From Hydrolagus affinis (Eukaryota): a stretch of DNA of 64,000 nucleotides. The DNA lies in the NCBI GenBank assembly GCA_012026655.1, contig JAAILG010000289.1, positions 1 through 64,000 on the forward strand, in the 5' to 3' direction. The position numbers and the translations under genes are program-made. Shown one piece after another: positions 13,049 to 24,600 of the stretch; position 1 is the first letter of the stretch; every line of letters begins with the position of its first letter. The notes beneath the pieces were generated by a model. The model was not told where the DNA came from. It did not search any database and saw only the letters and a list, made by a program, of their open reading frames with translations.

Positions 13049-14979
13049 ACTTAAACATGCCTCCCAAAAAAACTGCTTTACATCCACCAGCAAAGAGTAA
13101 AAACATAAGTGCAATCGACAAAAAAAATATTAAATGCACATACCATAAAAATTACACAGTGCTTTGCAACAAAACACTTTAAGGTTGGGAATCAACTGTC
13201 CTGATTGAATGAAAAAGGAATTGCACATAGATATCAATCTCATCCATTTCTGTATACAGGATGGCAGAGAGCGTAAAGGTCCTCGGTGTTTTCTGCCAAG
13301 GCAAGACTTCTAAAAATTTAAGTACTTTGTTTATTTTTAAATATTAAGTTGATATAAAACTGTAAGAAAATCTGGATGCTTTAAATTCATCCTTTTCATT
13401 AATGTGAAAGGCTGTCAAGCGGGACGTCTTCACTTAACATTTTTTTTTATTATCCTTCTTTGAAAGTTCAGACACAGATTGGGTTTTGGCTGTAGACAAC
13501 GAGAGCCCTCTAATAACTTGGCCCAACTGGCCAATCTTCATGTGCAAACCCAGAAAAGGCATCTTTGCAGTAATATGACCGCGGGGGGAGACTTCACAGC
13601 GGAGTGTAATCCTGTCCTTGTAGGACATCTGTACCATGGCTGATTTTTTTCCTCTCCCACTCCCTAGCCCAGTGGCACAAAATGCACTTTCAGCATCCTC
13701 ACCGTGAACCTGGTTTGACAACCTTTAAGATATATCTCATTTATATTGAGGAATTTTAATTTGTTTTGAAAATTGATGGCCACTTACTGTTTCGTTGTAT
13801 TGTTTCCAACCTGTGCTCAATTTATTCCCCGCCACATTAATGTGTTGAAGTCAGCAGTGCTAATGAAACCAACGGATGGTATTTTTAAGAGTAACTTGGA
13901 ACACTTGATGTGGAGGCTGCCACATGGTCTGGTCAACGGCAGTTCTGGACCAATTAGTCGCGTTCTACTCTCAGTACACATTGTAAGGGTGTCGAGAGAT
14001 ATCAATTGTCAGTAAATGTGGCCCACAGCACAAGTTTCTGAACTGAGGAAATTGATGTGGGAAGAGAAAATAACATACTGGAGGTGGAGGTGACACATTT
14101 CTTATGACTTTAGGCTACGTTGAGACAATATAGAAAGATTTTGATCCAATGGGGGTGTGAAGGAAGACTTACTTTGCATTTAACCCACATTATAATGATC
14201 TGGGAATGCTGGATGGTAGAAGGCAGAGAGAGCTATGCTCTGCGATCCATCCTGCTGCTGATTTGGAAATGCTTAATGTTGATACTGTGGTATCAGAAGT
14301 AAAAAAGTGTTCAATTTATCGGCACTGGCATCACTCATCTTGATAGTTGCAAAATTCAGTTTGAAGAACGTTGCAAGTCAAAAAATGAGAAATATGCACT
14401 GTTTGTTTAAAAAAATGTTTTGAAAATTATAGTAGGATTAGCACACAGCACATGATAAAGCCTTAGCTTGGCTCTATGGTGCATGTTACTTGTCAGGGTT
14501 CTTATTGTTATGTCATTGCAATGGAATTTATACATTGTAAAAATTGCCATAACTTAGTATGATACGTCCTCCTTGGGACGTCCTCCCGACGCGAGAGGCA
14601 CTCTATCAATGTCATTTTGTTGTTGCTGTTGATAATTCCAATTTTTCTATGTTTGAGTCATTCATAATTTAAAAGCTCTCGCAAGTTTATCCTTTGGTTT
14701 TGTCTCCAGGCCGATCATGTGTTGATTACTGTCATATATCAAGTACCCCCACATTGAAACCTCATACTCATCCCAGGATTTCTAGTTAACAGTCCTGTCA
14801 GCCTGGTCGTTTTCCCTGTTATTGGCCTTGTGATCATTGCCCCACTCAAACAGTTTGCTTTCAGTTGTAGTCTTGTTTTGGTTTTACTGTTGGTAAAACA
14901 CACTTGCTAACAGTTCCATTAAGATTGCCCACTCTTTCCTCAATTGCTACTTTTTCCTGCACTTTCGCTTTGGTCCTTC

Positions 14980-15235
14980 ATGGACACCCTCCAGTGCCAC
15001 TCACAAGTGGCTAGTACTCATCTGTGAAAGAACTGACAGGCTATTTAACTGTGATGTGGTATCACAGTCAAGTATAATCCTGTCGTGAACTGACATACAC
15101 ACTTGCGTACCTTTTAGCAAGACTCTCTCAACAGTGTATCACGACTGAGAATCTTGGCTTACTTTCCCTCCCTGAGGCCAATTATATTGCATTGGCTGAA
15201 ATCAACTAACTCAGCACACTTTGAGGATTGAACCT
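14980..15235 (-). mobile_element. Ancient SINE (AmnSINE2-like by recall); related copies near 1210-1360, 1880-1955, 10400-10629, 12560-12840, 13530-13720, 40150-40340 and 49500-49800
   Basis: Shared core gtgctgagttagttgatttcagcc...aattggcctcagggaggg...agccaagattctc...aatagcctgtc seen in several diverged copies. Family name is from memory. Confidence 0.55.
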
Positions 15236-18200
15236 GTAAAAACTGACCACTTCATACATTCATTTCAGTTTCTTTTTTTAGAATAAAACCAAATCCTACC
15301 TCCTATCTCTTAATTGACACGTGGCCTCACACCTCGCTGATAATAAAATATAATGGATATGAATTTTTAAAGAATTTACCGTCTCCCACTTTTCACCCCC
15401 ACCTTCTACGGTTGCTCGTGGTTATGCATCCTCCTTCAGGCGAGACGGCTGAATCGTGGACCTCAGAATATATGGTCTGAATGCATTACTGTGATGAATT
15501 GATAAAGAGGTCAACCTTCGTAGGATGAGCTGGTTCTGCCAGTTTGTGTCCTTCTCCACCTCCTGGATTTAGTTCTTGAGGTCTAAATTGTGGTTATTCC
15601 TAACAGGAGTTAATAACGACCTATATCACAAATAAAATCTCATTCCAGCATCCAGAGGTTTGTCACTCTGACCCTTGGCAAGATCAGTCTGGAAGTAGAT
15701 CGAGTCAAGTTGACATACTTCCCCATTACCAGAAAGAGTAGCTATTTCTTCTAATTTAGAGTTATTAATAAACTGTTAGGAACAGCTATAATTTGCCCAC
15801 AAAACACTGTCAGGTACTGTACTGTACTTTACATTATATCAGTAAAGTGCTTCGAAACATCCTCCCGACATGAAACACCTCATACCAAATGTAAGGATGA
15901 TTATTTATTGTTATTATAATTTAGACCAAATGGATAAAGTGAAGCAATGTGACAAACCAGCTGGTGAAAAATCCCACATGGGCAACCAACAAATCTGAAC
16001 ATATTCGAAGGCTGAGGTCCAAACTTCTATTAGTCCTGCAGCTGTGAGAGTTTACCCTTAACTGAAGGAGCTCCCAGGATGGGAATCCCAACACACTGCT
16101 GCTGGAACTAATGGAACATTCCCACTCAAAGGAAGTTTTAAGCTACAGGCCAAAAATTTGCTGCTGGAACAAATGAACCAAATCTAATTGAGGTATCTTT
16201 CACTCCGGTACTTCGCTGCCAAAACTAACAAAACATCTCAAGTCAAGAGAGCTTCTAAACCTGTGCTGGAGGATTGGACAACCCCAACTCCCACGCTCCA
16301 GCCCAATACTCTGCTCCTGTTGTTAATAGAATACCTGCAATGAACTCCTGCAAATAAAATGCTGAATTATTTTTTGTCAAATATTACAGTCTACAAAAAT
16401 AAACATAACACTCTATGTCACACACAATGCAAATAAATTACAATAGGCATAATATTATGGGGAATCTTCATTGGTGTAAACAGCTTCCGAGATACCAATC
16501 TATCCCCCCACCCCCCTCCACTCCATGGAAGGAGATGGATAATGTCTCATCAACCACACATGTTCCCATTAAGATACCTTTGTTGAATGGAGCACATTGA
16601 ATATGTCCCACTTCATATGACAACATAAAGTAGAAAAACAGATACTCCAAAGAAATATACTTCTGTAGATAGAATCTAAAACTGCTGCTGCAGGCTCCAA
16701 AGGCTTTACACACGAGATACTTTAGAAGAACAAAAAATCTACTTACATTAACACCCAATTTCAGAGCATCTCAAAATTTACTACAGCTATTCAAACCATA
16801 CAGTGTTTCACTTGGTTGAGGGAAGCCCATGTTCACTTATATTTGGGATTGTGTGCTGGAAGCTCCTCTATATAGACCTGAATCCCTTATGAATGGGCAC
16901 AGACTTTCACAACACGGAGCACAGAAAGGAATAAGGGTCTTACAGTGGTTTGTGACAGCGGGGTTGCCTCAATAAACAATTGCTAGTTGTTTTTTTTGCC
17001 ACCTGACTGCTTCAATTTGCCTTAATTCAAGATCTTTTGTGGACCCTGGGTGGTGTGGTAGAGGAGAACAGTCAAGGGTATGCTTTAGCTTTCACCAGAA
17101 AGGACATTCTGTGCCATCCTTAATACACCCTATTGCAAATTGTTCGCAGAATTTCAATAAAGATGATCCACACATGAGAATCTGTGAAGCATATAGTATA
17201 AAGACATTGCATTTCACATTGTTAGACCTCCATCATGCTTGAACATACAAACATATTTACAATGGTATTTTTTATATAGAGGGAATAGGATGTCAAACTT
17301 ATATTGACTCTTTTGCCAATTTAAAACAAAATTAGAATTTTCACAAAATACTTCTGAAATAAACTAAACTGTTCATTCAAGTAATTTCTTCCATTGAGTG
17401 AACTTCCTCCGTTCAGTTCCTATTAAGGTTTTTCAGCCATTTCATATCCCTCAGGCCAGAGCTCATTGTGTTCACATGTTGGGCCATCTTAGTTCCCACC
17501 TTGTTCCTTGTAAAAAGCTAAGAGCATGTGACGTCACTGTCAATCCCACATCAGTCTCATTACTCAAAGAAGCAAACCGGGGATGGAAACAAAATGGGGC
17601 TGGTGGTAGTTTGACACCATCAATGTGGAATGGTACAATCTCCAAACAGAGATGCTATTTCCTATGACATACAAATTAAAAACAAGGTTAAATTATGTTA
17701 CACAAACTAAACACTTTGTTGCCTTCATATTACCATAAATATCACAAAATCACATCACTTAAGTGTCCCGCTAACATAATATCATGCTGTTAGGGTTTGG
17801 ACTGAATGAACAACCACAGTTTTCTTTTAAAAGAGTTTTCGTTCTACTTGTAAACAAGAGGAGGAAAGCTGTTTTGCTCCTGGTTGGGAACAAAAGTCAG
17901 TATCGAATGCAGCAGGATACAACAATTCGGAATTCCTGTCGGGATGAGAAATTTTCTACGGACAGAGTTGCTGGGTGTTCTCTTTATTCCCGTTTCAAAA
18001 TAGTTGAGGCTATTGAACAGAGATAAATTGTGTTTGAGTGTTCCTAACCCTGAAAGCAAACAGTGCACTGAAATTACAGTCCTTCACCCTCGTTTCCATC
18101 TTCCTCACCAATAATTTCTTCCCTAGAAATTCAGAAAAGAAATTAACCGGCAAAAATATCACGCTTCAACATTGATAACTCCCAACAGCTGGAAACAACT

Positions 18201-18365
18201 TTTCTTTGCAAAATTCATCCAGCCATCTCAGTCTTTGGTAAGGTAAGGGAGTACATTTCTTTCTGTTGTCACTTGCTATAGGCATTTCTCACACTACAGT
18301 GCTATGCTGGGAAAGGAGTGTGGAGGTTTTGTGTTAATAATCTAACTGTGTGACCGCTGATATTT

Positions 18366-18653
18366 TCATACGGTTGTTGCTTTTCCATATTGCAGTAAGA
18401 GAGGGGAGAACTCTTTGATTCGGACACACAATCTGCCCTTGGTCCATGGGTTTTGGAGGCAAAGTGGCTGGAAGTCATCTCGCAGCCATTTCTCCATAGT
18501 GTCCGTGACAAGCATCAGGCCAAAATGATCAAGTTGATCATCTCTGTAGCATAGCGCCTCCGTACTTCCTGACATTTTAATCGACGCTTCATTCATTTCC
18601 TTCACCACCAGCTTGACGATTTCACTTGCAGAAGTGCTGACTGTGACGTGGAG
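18366..18653 (-). CDS. ANKFN1: ANKFN1-like last coding exon, RA-like domain (LHVTVSTSASEIVKLVV...LQNPWTKGRLCVR...YGKATTV*)
   Basis: Acceptor attttacag, phase 0. 288 nt including TGA at 18366-18368. Confidence 0.9.
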   Translation of the reverse strand, partial: LHVTVSTSASEIVKLVVKEMNEASIKMSGSTEALCYRDDQLDHFGLMLVTDTMEKWLRDDFQPLCLQNPWTKGRLCVRIKEFSPLLLQYGKATTV

Positions 18654-21600
18654 CTGTAAAATAGAGAAGCTCACATCAGTAATCAGAAAATGGGTCAGAG
18701 CAGCAGCACCAATGTTACAATAATAATACTTGGATTTTACATAGTGCCGGATCACTATATCAAATGCAAGATGTCTCAAAGCATTTCACAGAATATACTG
18801 TGAAGTGAATTGACTGTAAATGTCATGGGTGAAACGCTGCTCATGAGTCCAACTTCAACATCGTTTCACTGTTCACAAAAGTTACGAAGAACGAGCAGCA
18901 CATTTCAAACCTTAGGGGTTACTGAGCCCTGGAGAAGGCGAAAACAGTGTCAACACACAAATGAACTAATGATGAATAAAGCATTGGTTGGATTAGCAAA
19001 GGAATTGTCTGCTTACTGAGTAATTGATACCAATTGTAGTTTCCTAGTTATTAATCTGCAATTTGTTTAATAGACAGGATCTTAATAGGAATGTAAAATT
19101 CCCTCTTCGATATGATGCTGTGACATACTTCCCGATGAAAGTTACAAGCTAAAATGTTGAACATCTGCAACTTAATTTTTTCTGTTAATTGCGCTGAGGC
19201 GAAACCCAGCGCCTTGGTTTCTCCCTCCTGGTGTGAAAGGTACTCTACAAAGGTAATTTTGTTGTTGTTCACAAATTGTGACTTTTATCTTTGGAGGTCT
19301 TCAGTGAATCCAAAGGTAAGAGTCACAATGGGTGACCTTCTGTTATAGATGCTGTATTTTAGATCCCAGTTACAGGAGTAACTTTTTATTTTGAAAAAAT
19401 TGCCATCAGGAACCAAATTAACTGAGAAAGATGGAACAGTTTAAGTAAGGGTCGAGTAGTCCGTATTTAAAAGAAATCATGTCATAAAAACCTATTGGAA
19501 GGGAGATTGCTTTAGGCGTGAGGATTTTGGAAGAAGGATGTTGGAAAATAAATGAAGACTAAGCAGATGGCTCCTCTACCAATGTTCCAACCTCTTAAAC
19601 CTCTAAGATCTGGAATCTGAGGTGCAATTTGTTATGGAGAAACAAGAGCCAGAGCGCACAGCACCACAGAGAAAACAATAAAATGAACAATTTGAAGAAA
19701 AAAGATTTACTTGGAAAAATTCTTCGTTGACTCCTGAAGGAAAACAAGCTCCAGGGGAGGGCTGAACCACCACTAACATGACAGCATCGCTTAATATCTC
19801 CTTGTACCCTCTACACTGCTATTGATTTTATGTGGCGGATTTGGGTTCCTGCCTTATACCTCTTCCTTTAAAAAAAAACTGTCTAGATTTTTCTATGAGT
19901 AGATGCTATTTAAACAGGGAGTATCAAATGGGAGCTTGTTCTGGTGTTCAAACTCCATTACACCACACGTCTCAATAATAAACAACATTATTCCTTTCAG
20001 CCCATCCGAACAAACTGTTCAGATCAATTTGCAACGTGTCCATCCTCGTTCTGGAAGCACTTTGGCACAAATTTTTATATAATTAACAAATGTGGCAATA
20101 ATATTATTCATGCTTATTATAATGTCGTTGATTAAGATTATAAACAGAAACTCACTCAACAGTGATGATCGTGATTGGGCGCTCTGAGACGCTGTCCGGC
20201 ATGGAGGGCGCTATATAAATCGAAGTTGTAGTTGTCTCTCATCAAATCTCTTTTGCCTTGTTTGTTGATTCCCTTGTTGTTGACCACATCCAATTTCTGT
20301 TGCTCAGCCACTTTTCAATCCACCCTTTGACCCCCATCCCCATGTCTTGTTTTCCTGCCCTAGTTTAGGACACCTTTTGGAGGGACCTTGTTAAAGGCTC
20401 CTTGCGAATCAAGGTACAACAACAACTTCAATTTATATAGCCGGACTGCATCTCAGATGTAAGGTAGATCCACTGACAATTTGACATCAACCAGCTCAGT
20501 CATCTCCTCAAAACCCACCATTAAGTTTGTCAAACACAATGTTATGTTACAAACACCAATGCAGGTGGATCCTGATGACCCCCCATCGTTGCCTCCAGGA
20601 GGCCTTCCACAGGTTTTCATACGATTGAAGTGAGGCTGATTGGCTGTAGTTGCCAGCGTCTATGTTGTTACCCTTCTTAAGGATCGACAATGCATGTGCC
20701 ACTAAGGAACTACTCCTGTTATTATAGACAGAGGAAATTTTAAGGGAACCACTTTGAATTAATTATACAAAGGCTACGAGCCAGGAAAGAAATTCTGGGC
20801 TTACACTGGTGGGAGAGTCCACGACTCTCTAATTGAGTTATGATTTGATAATGAGGAACAGTTGGAAAACCCAATCCCCATAGGCTCTATTTGCTCTTCT
20901 TCTGACTTCTGGGATTGATTAGTAGGAGACGGTTGCTTTAGCCAAGCACCTTCAGTGCCAAGAAGTTCAGTACAAGTGTCCATTAGCTGTAATTACTATA
21001 AACAATGATCTCATAGATGTTAAGATAGGAACTGAAAAATGTATTGTATTGTCAAATTATTGTATTACTGCTGTTCTGATGGATTGTCTGTAAGATGTCA
21101 AGTCCTGGATGATAGCTAACTTCCTCCAGTTAAATATCAACAAGACAGAAGCCCTCCTGATTGGCTCCCGTCAGTGCCTCCACACCTCTGAATGCATCAC
21201 CATCCATGGGTGTTATTGGCAAGTCATGGTGTGTGGTGTTTCCCTCCTGGGCACCACGTGTGCCACCCTCCAAGAACCTCTCCTGAATTATTAAACCTCA
21301 GAGCCAGTATGGAACCTCAACGTCTTGTTTGATTCTCAACTGGCCTTTTTAACTTCACATCCGTGCCATGACCCGTTCTACCTTCCCCCACCTCCGCAAC
21401 ATTGCCCGGCTCCACCACTGTATCTCCTGTCAGACTGCTGAGATCCTTGCTCTCTCCCTTGCCTCCTTCAAGGAACATCTCAAGATCTTCCTCTTTAATC
21501 GCACCTTCGGTCACCCTCCTACCCTCCCTGCCCTCCACCTCAATCCTGGGTCCAGATCCCAGGCCTTCCAGTGCCTTGAGACGTCTCCTGATGTGAAAGG

Positions 21601-24600
21601 CGCTATACAAATGTATTTGGTTGTTGTTTTTCTAACAATAATAATAATAATCCTTACATTTATATAGCGCTTTCCACGTCTTATCGACGTCTCAAAGCGC
21701 ATCACAGAATACAACAATGTCCCAAGGTTGGGACCAGAGCAGTGGGGGGGAGGGAGAAGACAAGAGGGAAGAAAGGGGGGAGAAGAGGAGGGGGAGGGGA
21801 AAGAGGGAGAATTCTTTTGATACCACTATCTAAAAAAATTATCTAAAAACTATCTAAAAACCCTATTATCTAAAACAAATCATCATTTCTTTAACACTTA
21901 TTAGACACTGTAATGGTACTGAAGGCTTTGAGACATTCTATTGCCATGCACAACACTGCACAATGGCAGGCTGGCATTAAAAAAGGGTCAACAACACTGA
22001 GCAACTGAGAATTTAATTTGTGTTTCTGATTGATCATAATAATAATATTTGCATTTGATATAGAGCTTTTCATATCTTCCAGGCGTCTCAAAGCGCTTCA
22101 CAGAATATACTGTAAAACAAATTGACTGTATATTTGTGGACTAAACGGGACGGCCCTTTGCACACAACAGTGTTCCACAAACAGTCGTGGATTGAAGTGA
22201 CCAATTTATTATTGTTTTTCTTAAGGGATTATTATCGAGGAGCATTTTTGCATTTTTATTAAACTTGGGAATTAGATCAAATCTAAGAAGGTAATAAAAA
22301 AAATTGACATCCCTGAGATTAGTTTTACGACTGTGACTGATTACAGCTACTTCCACAAAACACTGCAAAGCAAACACAATCCATGGGAGAACCCACAGGA
22401 AAATGCTTTATTTCAATAATAAGCATACCTTCACACTGGTCTCCTTTGACAGTCCTGTTTGGTACTCTGGATAAACTCTTAAACTCACAGAGTTCAATTT
22501 CTTTCCTCCATTGGGTTCTGGCTCTTTCTCCACACTTCCTTGACAAGTATTACTCCATTCTATGCAATCATGGGATTCCTCTTTGCAGAACATGACAGAG
22601 TAGTCTTCAGTAGGAAGATCTGTATCTGGATGGAAGGACACAGAGGGATTGTGTCTAGTTGCATATGACCTACTGGGCTGTTGTTCTGACTCATTGGACT
22701 TTTGTTCTGCTGTGGGTTCATCCATGGATTCAGGTCGAGACCAGCACTTTCTCTGAATATGGAATGACTGCTTTGGCATGTCAAGGCTACTTGTTCGGAC
22801 ACAATAGGCTTGTCTTTTTTCCGTGATATGCAATAGTTCCAGCTGTCTACTGGGAAGGACAAAATCACTATCATAGATTGTCAGATGCCTTGGGCCCTCT
22901 TGATTACCGCTGACAATTGGCAATCTAAACTCATGAGCTCGAAGTACATCGGGAGCGCTGTCACGCAGGATGTGGTTGGGTCTTCTGCTGCAATCGGGCA
23001 CTGCTGAGTAGATGAGGTCCAACTCTTTGGGACTCTGAGCTCTACTGGAGTCATAATCACTGTCTGTTGCCAAAAATACCTCTGAGGATCCGTCTTCATC
23101 TGATATCCCATGAGAATCTGGGGAAAACAAAACCAAACACACTCAGCACTGCTAGGTGTCTCTTTGGATTACACATCCTTGTATTGACAGCCACTGAATA
23201 CACTGCCAGTGATTTCATGTTAATTCTATTATCCAATTATTTCCTCCTCAACAATCTTTGGCCTTGCTGTAACCGGTTGTCCCCACAGATATGTAAGATG
23301 CCTAATGAGATATACACTGACGCCATCCATTTTTGCACTCTTAGGACTGCAAAAATATTTATGCATTAAAATGTAAAATTTTAGGAATTTTTGGTGACTC
23401 AAGAAGAATGCTTTAAAAATATTACTTTAACACATTTCTGGGACATAGTTTTTATTGAATATATTAAGGAATGTATATTTTTAAATGAAATGAAAGATGA
23501 TATTGTCTCAATGTTCTCTGTAAATGGACCTAAGGAATAGGGTTTCCTAAAGGGGTTGAACAGCTTTTTCTGGTTCCCACTATTTTATGTTATAGTACGG
23601 TAGGACATGAAGGCTTAGGGCAGCAAAACTTGTTGAAAGGCAGAAAGGTACATAGTTAATGGATCGTGATTATGCCGGATTCACATTACTACATTTGTGT
23701 CTTCATTCATTGGTCATTGCAATCCATGGCTGCTGTGCGTAATTGGCTGCCGCATTTTGCCCACAAATATACAGTCAATCACTTTACAGGGTATTCTGTG
23801 AAGTGCTTCGAGACGCCTAGAAGACATGAAAAGCGCTATATTAAATGCAAGGATTATTATTATTATTATTAATCAGATGCTTACCAGAATTGTGTTTCCG
23901 ACCAGGCTCTGGTGATGGGGTTGGGGAGAGCAGGTAATCTGGGTTGCACAAAGTGGACTGTGCCCCTTCTGTAATCATACTTTTGGTAAAATCCATCAGC
24001 CAGGTCAAAGGGATCCCACCGGGAGGTTGCTTGTACCTTGCATATTGCAGAACATCCATTATCCAACGCATCTCCCGCCAAATCTCTTCCATTTGCTAAA
24101 AGATAGTTTAGAATATTACCAGGTCAGCATGGATTGTTTCACAGATATTTAACATAACCTTTCCTATCAACTGATTGCTGATTTCTTCTCAATCAATCTA
24201 CAGAAGGTTGTATTTATTATTATTAATCCTCTCGGATTAATGCTACTTTGTACTGAGGACAATTGAGTCCCACCAAAAGTCATCAATTGAGTGACCAAAT
24301 TATTATTGTTATTTTTCTTACCCTCCGAAAGCAATCTGCCAATTGACTAGAAACCGGGTTCCTATTTGCTGCCTAATAGACGTATTGAGTAAGGAAACTT
24401 GCCCAGGTTAGACAGAAGAATGTTGCTTACCTGCATGAAGTCTTGCACTTGCTGGTGCTTCTGCTTGGCTTCCACAACCTCGGAGTCTGAGAATGCTTCC
24501 CTCAGAGCTTGCTGTGAAAGGAGGGAGTCTAGCTCCAATAGTGCTGATGCTTGACAATACTGGCTGATGAACGCCTTATCGTAGGTAAAAAAGTGAACTG

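Noticed and set aside
21824-21876. Short repeated TATCTAAAAA units
   Set aside because: AT-rich slippage repeat without unique spacers; not CRISPR-like, and the DNA is eukaryotic.
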